DNA from: Octopus sinensis
Taxonomy: Eukaryota
Assembly (NCBI RefSeq): GCF_006345805.1
Contig: NW_021833267.1
Location: 14,534-78,533 of the forward strand
DNA length: 64,000 nucleotides
Direction of reading: 5' to 3'
Shown: positions 40,941 to 54,870 of the stretch, piece by piece
Position numbering within the stretch: position 1 is the stretch's first letter
Layout of the letters: every line of letters begins with the position of its first letter
Notes under the pieces: model-generated
Told to the model about the DNA's origin: nothing
The model's database searches: none
What the model saw: the letters and a program-made list of their open reading frames with translations, nothing else
Position numbers and translations under genes: made by a program

Positions 40941-42161
40941 CGAGGGGCGTTCAATAAGTAATGCCTCTGACCCACTTGCAGTTGTTTGATCTAGCTCTGA
41001 ATTAATTGTGGTTTCTGATTTACAGGTGTTTGAACCGAGTCAAGTGTGAAATGGAGCCTGTTGAGTGTCGGGCAGTGATCCGGTTTTTGTATTTGAAATG
41101 ACGCACACCACGGGAGACTTTTGATGAAATGAAAGTAACTTATGGTGATGATGCCCCATCATATGACCTTGTAAAACGCTGGCATCGTGAATTCAAACAT
41201 GGTCGGAACTCTGTGGAAACAGTTCCCAGATCTGGTCGCCCCCTTCTGCCATTGATGAGGCATCTGTCCGTCAAGTTGAGGCTGCCATTTTGGAAGATCG
41301 ACGCATAATTATTCGCCAAATAGCCCATGAGGTCAAGATTAGTACCGGATCTGTGGAAACTATCATTCATGACCATTCGCATATGCAAAAGGTGTCTGCC
41401 AGATGTATTCCCAGGTTGCTCACGCCTTTGCAGAAGCAAGAACGCGTCGAGTCCTCGAGGGTGAATTTGGAGATGTGGCAAGAAGATGAGTCAAAATTTT
41501 TCAAAAGACTGATTACAAAGGATGAAACCTGGGTCCATCACGATGATCCAGAGACCAAAGCCCAGTCAATGCAGTGGAAGCACCGTGACTCACCTCCTCC
41601 AAAGAAGGCAAGGTTGCAGCCCTCCGCTGGCAAGGTCATGCTCACAGTCTTCTGGGACCAGGACGGAGTAGTGATGACAGATTTCCTGGCAAAGGGTACC
41701 ACATTTGCAGGAGCCTATTATGCTTCACTTTTGAGGAAATTAAGAGAAGTTATCAAAATCAAGAGGCGGGGCAAGATCAGCAAAGGCATCCTCCTCCTGC
41801 AGGACAACGCTCCGGTCCACAACTCGCTTGTCGCCAGATCAGAAGCACAGAACTACTCCCCATCTCCCCTACTTTCCTGACCTTGCACCCTCTGATTTTC
41901 ACCTCTTCCCAATCATGAAGTTGTTTTTGAAAGGAAAGTGTTTCCCAGGTGATGCAGCCTTGATTTCTGAAGTCACGTTGAGGTTGGAGGACCAAGCTGG
42001 GTTCTTCTACAAAAACGGTCTCCAGAGCCGCATCAAACGATGGGAGAAATGCGTAACTCTGGGTGGTTCCTATGTAGAAAAATACTAATAACTGTGCCAA
42101 GTTTCGTTGCTCAACTGCTATGGGAAGTGGGTCAGGGCCATTAGTGATTGAACACCCCTCG
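40941..42161 (+). mobile_element. Mariner DNA transposon, copy 2 (same family as copy 1)
   Basis: TIRs CGAGGGGCGTTCAATAAG/GATTGAACACCCCTCG, TA duplication at 40939-40 and 42162-63. Confidence 0.97.
41051..42088 (+). pseudogene. Mariner transposase pseudogene
   Basis: ITKDETWVHH, LLQDNAPVH, PYFPDLAPSDFHLF, RWEKCVTLGGSYVEK; early TGA and frameshifts. Confidence 0.95.
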
Positions 42162-42579
42162 TAGGTATGTTTGTATGTATGTATGCATGCATGCATGCAT
42201 GTATGTATGCATGTATGTATGTATGTATGTATGTACGTGTATGTATGTATGTATGTATGTATGTATGTACGTAGGTAAATGTATATAAAGAGATAGAAGC
42301 ATAGACATATATTATGATTGCGGCCCGACAAAGAACTAATTTCTACAATAAATTTTATAATTTTTTTTGCTATAAACGTATTGCATTTCCATTGAGTTCA
42401 GGGAAAAGCTTCGTTTAAATCAACCGTACTACAGGTGATTGGTTACCCCAAAATATTGTACAAAGTACAAGTAGAAGATTGATACTTAAATTGAAGCTAG
42501 GTTCGTAAGAATAGGAATTCGTAAGAACACAAGCTCGCATACAAATATCTCATCATCATAGCCGTCGGCGTCATCGATG

Positions 42580-42875
42580 TCGTCGTGGTCGTCGTCGTCG
42601 TCGTTGTTGTCACTGACATCGTCTTCCATCATATCCCCCCTGCCCCTTCTTCTCCTTCTCTGCATCATTCTCACCGTCGTCTAAGTCATCCCCGTCACCA
42701 CCGACAACCTCATTATCATCATGGTCACCATCGACATCACCATCATGGTCACCATCGACATCGTCTCCGTCGTCTTCGTCGTCAAAATCATCATCATCAT
42801 CATCATACTCATCATCATTATCATCACCACAATCATCATTATCATCAACATAATCATCATCATCGTCATCATCAC

Positions 42876-42931
<56 letters not shown>

Positions 42932-43265
42932 CTATCATCATCCTCATCATCATTATCATCACCACCATCATCATTTTCATCATCATCATCATCACCACCA
43001 CCACCACCATCATCATCATCACCAACACCACCACCACCACCACCACCAGCATGATCATCGTCATCATCATTATCATCATCATCATCATCACCACCACCAC
43101 CAACACCACCACCATCATCATCATGATCATCATGATCATCATCATTATCATCACCAACACCACCACCACCACCAGCATCATCATCGTCATAATCATTATC
43201 ATCATCATCGTCATCATCAACAAAAACAACAACATCGACAACAAAACCAACGCCATCGCCGCCAC
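42580..43265. repeat. (CAT)n/(CAC)n trinucleotide tract
   Basis: Directly visible; source of the poly-His/Ile/Met ORFs. Confidence 0.95.
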
Positions 43266-43591
43266 TGAGCTATTATTTATCAAGCTTCAATAGAGCTCCA
43301 GTCTCTAAACGCTATCTGCAGTCTGCTTGTTTATTTAGTCAATTAATTAAATTCCAAATGTTGCAGGACATTTATTACTAAAAGAAAAACAAATAATTAA
43401 GTAACTACTAAATAAACAGTAAATACAAAAAAACTAAAATTTAAACAAAAAATGTCGAAATAAATCACCCTACACCCTTCTCGTTCTTGCTGATCAATAA
43501 ACCGAGGGAGTTATTAAACTTATAAGACACTGCATAATTACTAGTTGTCTCTGTGTTTGTGAACATGATTGCTTATTTCTACCAGAGAATC

Positions 43592-44278
43592 TGAGTAGGA
43601 TGACCAGACGTGTACTGACCTGAGAAGAACTTTTTCCAATCTTCATTAGGATTTTTCAGATATTAAGTTATTCAATGGGACTTCCTTGTTTAAGACGGTA
43701 GGCCGTGTTTGAGAGAAATTTTAGTACTATGTCTAGCTATTGTCTGTATTATAAGGATATCAGGAAAATCATACGTTGCCTCGTGTCTTGCAATATCTAC
43801 ACAAGGTTAGCACATTCCAACTTCCTAATCATTGGAGTACTGTGTTATGGTATTTTTATCTTGTTCTTCATGTCATTGTGGTTCTTCAGAGTTAGATATA
43901 TCTTGACCTAACAAGCCTTTTAATTTGAGTAGGATGTCCAGGCACGTACTGACCTGAGAAGAGTTTTTTCCAGTCTTTATTAGAGTTTTTCAGATATTAG
44001 GGTTTTCAGATATCCAATGGGATTTCCTTGCTTAAGACGGCAGGCCGTGTTTGAGAGAATTTTGAGTGCTATTTCTAGCTGTTGTTTCTATTATAAGGAT
44101 ATTAGGAAAATTATACGTTGTCTCGTGTCTTGCAATATCTACAAAAATGGAAGGGCAGCACATTTCAACTTCCTAATCATTGGTAACGGAGTGCTGTGTT
44201 ATGGTATTTTTATATCGTTCCTCATGTCATTATGGTTCTTTAGAGTTAGATATATCTTGATCTGATAAGCCTTTAATA
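43592..44278. repeat. Diverged tandem duplication of a ~335-350-bp non-microsatellite unit
   Basis: Units start tgagtaggatg at 43592 and 43926 and are collinear through aagccttt. Confidence 0.9.
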
Positions 44279-45127
44279 ATTTTTTCTAATCTGTACGGAT
44301 ATCACGCGTTACATTATTACATTATTCAATTCGATATCCCTGTTTAAGATGGTGACTTGAGAGATATTGACTGCCATTTCCAGCAGTTTTGTCCAACATA
44401 CGGAGACTTCTTCATTGTCTCATATTCTGAAACGTCTACACAAGTAGTGCATACCGTCTTTGCAGCCGTCTGTAACGGAATGGCATACTGTGGCATATAT
44501 TTCTTTTAAACGGCGTATGACCGTAAAGATGGAAAAATCAAAATAGACATCTTTTGATCACAGAACTGCTTGGTTAGGCCTACCTGCGGCTAAATAGCAG
44601 CTACAGCTACAAAGATCACTTCGAAACTATTGGCCTTTGTCGCCTCAGTCTAGCATTATCTTCTAAAACTTAATCGGTTTTGTATATTGCAGAATGATAT
44701 ACTACAAGACATATGATATATATTTCGTATCATAATACTTATTGGACAACTGTCACTGTAATATATATGCATATATATATATATATACATACATATGCAT
44801 ATATATATATGTATGTATGTATGCATATGAATATTTATTTACGCGTCAAGGTGCAATATATAAAGAAATAATAAAACACACCCAAACACATAAAACTATA
44901 AATTTTCTTCTCAATTATAATTTCTCAATTGTAATTCTAACATAAAAAGCAATTAAAAACAGAAAATAGCGAAACTAAATTAATAAACAAAACAAAAGAG
45001 ATTAATATGAAAGACTAAATAATAAAAGTAGATCTTAAATAAAACACACAACCATACATTGATTACACACACACACACACATATGTATATATATATATAG
45101 ACATATATAGACATATATATATATATA

Positions 45128-45206
<79 letters not shown>

Positions 45207-45468
45207 ATATTATATATACATATATATGTATGTATGTATTTATATTTACACACACTGCCACAAGTACATACGCATAGAACTTTCAGAGTATTAGGCATAA
45301 AAGTTCGGATATAAATGGAATATAATATTCTTTGTAAATAATTATCTAATTTCGCTACTTCATATTAATTCGTTTCGATAGTCTTTGATGTTTAAGATGG
45401 TGGAATTAAAAGAAAAACATATCAACAACATCAACAAAATGCTAACAACAAATTAAAAAAAGGAAAAG

Positions 45469-45503
<35 letters not shown>

Positions 45504-46024
45504 CATATATATATTATATATATATATATATATAGGTTGTCTCCGAAAATAGAAGAGTTTAAAGACGAACGCATTACAAAGTAATTGATTGAGAACAAAA
45601 GAAAAAAATATTTGCGTAAATGAAAAAAAACAAAATCACGCAAGTAAACAAAACTAACAGGAAGAAGGAGAAAATAGAAAGTTTTGGAAAGAATTTGGAA
45701 GAGGATTTTTGCGGAGAAACTTTTGAGGTGTGATCCTGTTGTTTTCTCTTTAAATTATCTCTCAGATTCGTTCGTTTAACACAATAGCGTACTAACATCA
45801 AAGACAATCAAATTACGAAAAAATAAATCGACGAAAAACTGTACTTCTTTTTCTTTTCATTATTTTTATTATTGTTGTTGTTGCCGTCGTCGTTTTACAA
45901 AGTATTTTACAAAGATTTTTTTTTGAAATTAATATTTTCTTTCTGTTTTCTTTCTTGGAGTTACTCATCGTGAATTATTGAGCTCAATTCGATCCCATGA
46001 CACACACACACACACACACACACA

Positions 46025-46074
<50 letters not shown>

Positions 46075-46300
46075 TACACGCACAGACATAGGCACGCAAC
46101 GAGGGGGAAAAGGAAAAACATATTTTAAAAAACAAAGAAATAAATTAAGAATACACTCTGCCCGGTGTGATGTATTTTCTGAGTTTTTAACCAGTGTCGC
46201 TTGCACTTTAAGGAAATCAGTAAAACGTGTTGCAATCTATCTCTCTCTCTATATATATATATTTATATATACACATATATATATATCACTATGATAGATC

Positions 46301-46485
46301 ATTAGCCACAACACACATTGTTTTCTCTCCTTGTTTCTCCAATTGTTTTTTCTGTGTCCCTTTCTGTAGAAGAGTGTAGTCTCGAAACGTAAAAAAATTT
46401 TCTATTCCTGAGCGTTCTACTAAAACATCTGTTTGTTTTGTACACCACCTGTCTTCGTCTTTTGTTTTTTTCGTAAACTCTCCCT
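46301..46485 (+). mobile_element. Short hammerhead-like element ending in (TA)n
   Basis: 46360-46395: CTTT CTGTAGAA GAGT GTAG TCTC GAAA CGT A AAAA. Aligns along its length with the reverse complement of 28757-28957. Confidence 0.7.
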
Positions 46486-47334
46486 ATATATATATACATA
46501 AGAGATGTCAAGCAACCAGTCATGAGATCTGTTTTGTCAAAGATATTTAATGTTCTTATAATCTAGAAATATTCAAAAATTTTAGAAACATTTTGAGTTT
46601 AAATGTGGCATATAATAGAGTCGTAGTAGAATTAATAGAGGTAAATTATTTTTATCATTTGTAGTAGCCACAGAAGTAGTAGAACGAAGCACTGGTGATG
46701 AAAAAATACATTTTATGTTAGTTCAAATGTTTTTATAACATATTTTAACTCTGAAAGGCAATTTCACAGCAGTTTACTGCGGAGAAATAAACTCTCGCTT
46801 ATGGTAAAAATGTAGCCTTCCTCAAAGGCAAATACCAATTAGAGGTAACCCGGAGCTGATTAGAAAGCCGTAGCTTTATAATGAAACATTCAACACGAGA
46901 CACTAATTGAACTTGCCGAAAGTTTCTACACAAATCGGATGCAAATACTACAACACAAATAGAAACAAAAAGGGCCTATGATGAAACACAAACCTTGTTT
47001 ATTCACGTTCCTTGAGAGTAACTTGGTCAGGTTATAAAAACCTCTGCCGACAGTCATAATAGTAGATAGCACATTGAATCTCAACGATTGTCCCGTTCTA
47101 CGAATAAATTCACAGTTTTTATTTCTCTATGGCTATATTCCATTGGAAATACTGTGACGAAGGGAGATAATCCAATAAAACAGTGGTAACCCTGACTATA
47201 TAACCTCCTTTCTTCTTCATTCGTCTCGTTTACTACAATATGTAGCCATATTGTTTCTAATATGAAATGAACGGCCGTCAAGTTTGAACAATATGGGATT
47301 GTAAACTGGAGACGAAACTTAAGCAACAAACTGG

Positions 47335-47509
47335 TATAACTTAACGAAATTTCGGGGTTAAAGTCTTGCTATAACTTAACGAAATTTCGGGGTTAAAGTC
47401 TTGCTATAACTTAACAAAATTTCGGGGTTAAAGTCTTGCTATAACTTAACGAAATTTGGGGGTTAAAGTCTTGCTATAACTTAACGAAATTTGGGGGTTA
47501 AAATCTTGC
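47335..47509. repeat. 35-bp minisatellite, 5 copies
   Basis: Unit TATAACTTAACGAAATTTCGGGGTTAAAGTCTTGC at 47335, 47370, 47405, 47440 and 47475. Confidence 0.95.
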
Positions 47510-47620
47510 TCACATATAACAAAATATACATATACATATTTATTTATCTACCTATATATATGTATATATAGATTTATGCATATGTATGATACATATATTA
47601 TATTTGTACACGTATGTATG

Positions 47621-47661
<41 letters not shown>

Positions 47662-47838
47662 ACATGTAAGAACGCGAGACAACGTTTGCTTTCTCTCGCG
47701 AGAGGCAACTATATTCCAATAAATTTCGTATTCAATTAACGTGCTCTGGTGAGAATCAATGACAAGAAACAGTAATAGTAACAACGACATTATTATCAAT
47801 AATAATAACAATTAGTATTAATGCTATTATCAATATTG

Positions 47839-47888
<50 letters not shown>

Positions 47889-48109
47889 TTATATTATTAT
47901 TATTATTATTATTATTATTAGCATTATTATTGTTGTTGTTGTTGTTGTTATTATTATTATTATTATTATTATTGTAGTCACTATTATAACTTGTAATTTC
48001 ATTATTTAACCAATTCCCTGGATCTTATTAATTTTATGATAACCGACATAAAGATAACTGCAATAATATAACATATAATATTAATGATAAAAATAATGAC
48101 AACAATATT

Positions 48110-48115
48110 AAAAGC

Positions 48116-48157
<42 letters not shown>

Positions 48158-48202
48158 CATAATAATAATAACATTAATAATAATAATAAATAATAATAAT
48201 AA

Positions 48203-48234
<32 letters not shown>

Positions 48235-48593
48235 TAAAAATGATAATATAATAATAATAATAATAATAATATAATAATAATAATAATAATGATGATGATG
48301 ATGATAAAATAATAATAATATAATAATAATAATAATAATAATAACAATAACAATAATAATATATAATAATAATATAATAATAATAATAATAATAATATAA
48401 TAAAAAAATTAAAATAATAATAATATAATAAAAATTAAAATAATAATAATAATAATAATAATAATATAATAAAAATTAAAATAATAATAATAATAATAAT
48501 AATAAAAATTAAAATAATAATGATAATAATAATAATAATAAATAATAATAATAATATAATAATAATATAATAATATAATAATAATAATAATAA

Positions 48594-48633
<40 letters not shown>

Positions 48634-48764
48634 GTTAAAATAATAATAATAATATAATAAAAATTAAAATAATAATAAATAATAATAATATAATAATAAT
48701 AATAAATAATATAATAATAATAATATAATAATAATAATATAATAAAAATTAAAATAATAATAAA

Positions 48765-48799
<35 letters not shown>

Positions 48800-48810
48800 T
48801 AATAATAATA
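48110..48810. repeat. (AAT)n tract, left flank of the RLE LINE
   Basis: Directly visible. Confidence 0.95.
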
Positions 48811-50839
<2,029 letters not shown>

Positions 50840-51258
50840 TAATAATAATAATTAGTGCGATGAATAATTAAAAAAAAGCTAACATTTTAAATGGAATCTT
50901 CGAGTTAGTTCTCATTGCATTTCATAAGGGAATACTCAGGCTGATATTCATCATCGTAAATTTGTTAGTTCGGCGCCTAAGCATATAAAGTTTCAGATTT
51001 GGTGTTTTACTGCTCTTATGCTTTTTGAGTCATTTATTGAAGAATGCTGTTCTCCACTTTACTGCAGACGTCAGTCAATTATCATCCTGTAATTTGTTTT
51101 TTGTTTTTTTATTGCGTGTGTGTGTGTGTATGTGACAAAGTTGTGAATTGTTAAGTACAGTAATCGATTTTCAAGACATTGTTACTGAATTCATTTAGGA
51201 TCTCTCTCTCTCTCTCTCTGAATATCTCATAGAGATATGTACGGTGGTGGAGCGGTAG

Positions 51259-51385
51259 AGTGGTTGTATACTGTCAACTTAACGTGACATTCCTGTAAGG
51301 GAATTACCCCACCGCTGTTTAGCCCTAAGGAGGTGGTGTAATTCCCTTACAGGACTGTCACGTTAAGTTGACAGTATACAACCAC

Positions 51386-51386
<1 letters not shown>
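51259..51386. repeat. 128-bp fold-back (MITE-like) with ~54-bp arms
   Basis: agtggttgtatactgtcaacttaacgtgaca.tcctgtaagggaattac and its reverse complement at 51338-51386. Confidence 0.9.
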
Positions 51387-51417
<31 letters not shown>

Positions 51418-51541
51418 ATATATATATAATGCATCTGTCACGTGCACGTGAGTATGAACATATAGGTATGTGTGTATGTATGCATGTATGTATATCAATA
51501 TATATATATATATATGTACATATTTATGTTTATATATATAT

Positions 51542-51652
51542 ATGAGTTCAGCAAAATTTAGATTCAGTTGAATATGGTACTTAAGTTAAAGGCACCAGAA
51601 CTTAGTATGGTAATATCCATATAGTTCAAAATAGGGTGATTGCATTCAAAAT
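51542..51652. mobile_element. Repeat family P fragment abutting (TA)n
   Basis: gagttcagcaaaatttagattcagttgaatatggtactta..gcaccagaa..gggtgatt..tcaaaataag. Confidence 0.75.
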
Positions 51653-52639
51653 AAGAGAAATAATGTGAAGGGGGATAAAAATAAAAAGAAGAAGAAGAAG
51701 AAGAAGAAGAAGAAGAAGAAGAAGAAGAAGAAGAAGAAGAAGAAGAAGAAGAAGAAGAAAAAGAAGAAGAAGAAAAGAAGAAGAAGAAGAAGAAGAAGAA
51801 GGTGAAAGCAAAAATGAGGGACCAAAAACTTTGAGGACAATGAATGCGCTGGAATTAAACGCGTTAAAACATAATAGCACTACTTGAAATTACAATGAAT
51901 ATGAAAGAACGTTAAATACAACAACAACAACAACGACAACAATAATGATGTTGATAATAATGATGATGATGTTGTTGGTGAAGTTGATGCGTAAATACTG
52001 AAAGTGAAACTATAAGTATCAAAATTGCAATGTATATTTTATGAAATAAAAATGTAGTTAACAATAAGAATAAGCGTTATCGTATATAGGTTTGTACCTA
52101 TAGACACAAATACACGCACTAGTTTATCGACTTAAGATAGATGAGGTTCATAAAAAGTTTAAAATGTCGACTGAAAATGGAAGTATTTCCGTTGAAAGAT
52201 TCTACTTGAAACAGTTTCTTGCCGACAGAAATTTTGATTTGAAATTATTAGCACTGAAAAAACTGTAGATTTTATATGATGAATGATATGGCGCAAATAT
52301 ATACTATTCTGTTCATTTATTTAAGTACTTATTTAATTAATTAATTAATTAATTTATTTATTTATTTATTCCTTTCTAACAACGGTAGAACACGAGACAA
52401 AAGAATTCTGTTATTCGCTTTTAAATGCAGGTGTGTAAATCCGGCAACGAAAAAACAGATAGAACTTTGAAACACGTATGTGTAATTTGAAAAAACAGAA
52501 ATAAAGAATAGAGGAAAAATCAGAAAAGAGAATGGTTTGAAAGCATTGTAACTATTTCTTTAGATTATTTGTAGAATTAAAAGACAAATTTTGTTGCGTT
52601 AGACGAGATCCTTCTTTGCCGATAAAAAGAAAGTTTACG

Positions 52640-53110
52640 ACAAATTACAGTCCAATAATATAACCAAATGCAAATTGGTGAATGCAATTGTCTTCCAAAT
52701 AGCAACATATGGATGCGAGACCTGGACATTAAAGAAAGCTGACCAGAAGAGAATTAATGCATTCGAGCTTTGGTGTTGGAGAAGACTTTTACGGATTCCA
52801 TGGACAGCGAGGCTCACCAATGGAGAAGTTCTTAAGCAGATCAGGCCGAAAATGTCGCTAGATTGGCATATTTCGGTCATATTATGCGGAGAAAATCCCT
52901 GGAGAAGGACATCATGCTCGGAATGGTCAGTGGCAAGAGAGGAAGAGGCCGACCAAGAACCCGCTGGCTTGACACCATCAAGTGTGATACCGGAATGGAC
53001 ATAGCCAATCGGAAAGAAGCGGCCCAGGATAGAACTGACTGGAGGACACTGATCCAACGAGTAACCGAGGGTCAACTTCGACTGAGCTGATAGATAGATA
53101 GATAGATAGA
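52640..53110 (+). mobile_element. RTE-clade (BovB-like) LINE 3' fragment with (GATA)n tail
   Basis: ATYGCETWTLKK..INAFELWCWRRLLRIPWT and YFGHIMRR.SLEKDIMLG..GKRGRGRPRTRWLD, split by a frameshift. Confidence 0.92.
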
Positions 53111-53120
53111 ATATAACCAA

Positions 53121-53297
53121 CATATATTTATATTCTTGTTATCGATTTATTTAAACGCTAACTTTTTTTATATTAGAACGAAACCATATCTTGTTTGCAG
53201 ATTTTCCCATCTAAAGATTTCTTCTTCTTCTTCTTCTTCTTCTTCTTCTTCTTCTTCTTCTTCTTCTTCTTCTTCTTCTTCTTTTCTTCTTCTTCTT

Positions 53298-53328
<31 letters not shown>

Positions 53329-53499
53329 TTATTATTATTATTAGTAGTAGTAGTAGTAGTAGTAGTTGTAGTATTGTTATTATTTTATTGTTGGTTTTGC
53401 TGTTGTACTCTTTCGGATCCTTTTTGTTATATCTATGTTTTTTTTATATCCGTTTGACATATTTCGTTTTATTATTTGTTTCATTCTCTTTAAGTACAT
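53121..53499. repeat. Dispersed bipartite repeat with microsatellite core, copy 1
   Basis: Left block (tgttatcgattta..gaaaccatatctt..tgcagatt.tcccatctaa) and right block (ttgtactctttcggatcc..tttgacatattt..tttaagtacat) are shared with 62884-63315. Confidence 0.85.
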
Positions 53500-53954
53500 A
53501 ACCAACACCGATTCGATATCATGAGACATTTTCATAAACTAAAAGGCTAAAAGCATGGATAAATTTCTTAAAATCGACAACAAAATTGAATACTGAATCC
53601 AAGTTTAGTGTATTTGATCCTTAATGACCATTTAGACATATACTCGTAATAGCTTCATAGGTAGACATATTGCATTATGGGAAATCGTTGCGCACCTTCG
53701 AGGATCACGGTGGAACAAACTTTGTGCAGGAGATCGAATTGACACTAAGCATTTGGCCCGGTGAGCTCACGAATCTGTCAGCTCACCGCCCTAACAATAC
53801 GTTGTATATTAGAAGTTTCTCACATTCTATCATCTATATAGCTACTTCTAATGGCTCTACAGAAGGAACTAGGAACCAGAGCCATAATTTGTGTTCTTGG
53901 ATGTAGGAATTTGACTTTAATGTTCAGCATAATTCTGCCAAAGTACAGCTAAGT

Positions 53955-54264
53955 TTGTTTTTTGTTTGCTCCTTCTCGAGCCTCGACTGGCTCATAAGGG
54001 CCGGTTTCCCGGCTTCTCTGGCGTATAGGTTCCCCACCTGGACGGTACGCCGGTCCGTCGCAGGTGAGCTGCAAGATGCAGGAGTTAAGAGTGAGAGAAA
54101 TTTGTGGCGAAAAAGTCAGCAGAAGTTCGCCATTACCTTCTGCCGGATTTGCGTGTAGTTTAGGTATTTCGCTCGTAAACACACACATCGCCCGGTCTGA
54201 GATTCGAACCCACGATTTCTCGACCGCGAGACTGCATCTCTAACCATAAGGCCATATGCCTCCA
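53955..54264 (-). mobile_element. SINE family C with tRNA-like head and 11-bp TSD
   Basis: TSD TACAGCTAAGT at 53944-53954 and 54265-54275; head ggaggcatatggccttatggttagag...gtgggttcgaatctc. Confidence 0.9.
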
Positions 54265-54525
54265 TACAGCTAAGTATATTATCACGGCTCTTGCGTTGAT
54301 ATTTGCAATATAATGAAGTTTAAAAGACCAGCGAATTGGAAAGTAATTTTCTATCCAGCCTGTTGAACTTTCGAATGAAACCGTTCTTCGGAATGTATCA
54401 CTTCTCTATAATTAGCATACATAGTATTTTATCTGGGATAATTCAATAAGCTATGTTGTATATATGTTGTGCCTTAATGTATTTTGAACCTTAATATTTG
54501 TACACTTACTCGTACAAATCTACTA

Positions 54526-54671
<146 letters not shown>

Positions 54672-54870
54672 TGACGGATGTGATGTCGTTTCAGCTCCGA
54701 AGGTAATCATTTATTTTGACTATTTATAGGCCAATTTTTGTGTAGATTTTTGCAAATAAGGTGTGTAAGGCAACCAACTTTCATTTGAGTGCTTTTCAAA
54801 GGGAGGAATTCGCCCCTAGGGGCAGTTTCGACCCAATTTCATTTCTATTATTTCTTCTTGACATTAGAAA

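Noticed and set aside
44455-44469. 15-nt micro-exon encoding an EGF-like DGCKDG (minus strand, AG/GT flanked)
   Set aside because: Too short to distinguish from chance, and no companion cysteine-rich exons were found.
47335-47509. CRISPR-like array (35-bp palindromic repeats)
   Set aside because: Units are directly adjacent with no spacers, there are no cas genes, and the context is eukaryotic.
54190-54264. tRNA gene (also the heads at 20400-20463 and 11021-11110)
   Set aside because: A/B-box-like motifs run into SINE bodies and tails, one copy has a TSD, and I could not build a complete cloverleaf.
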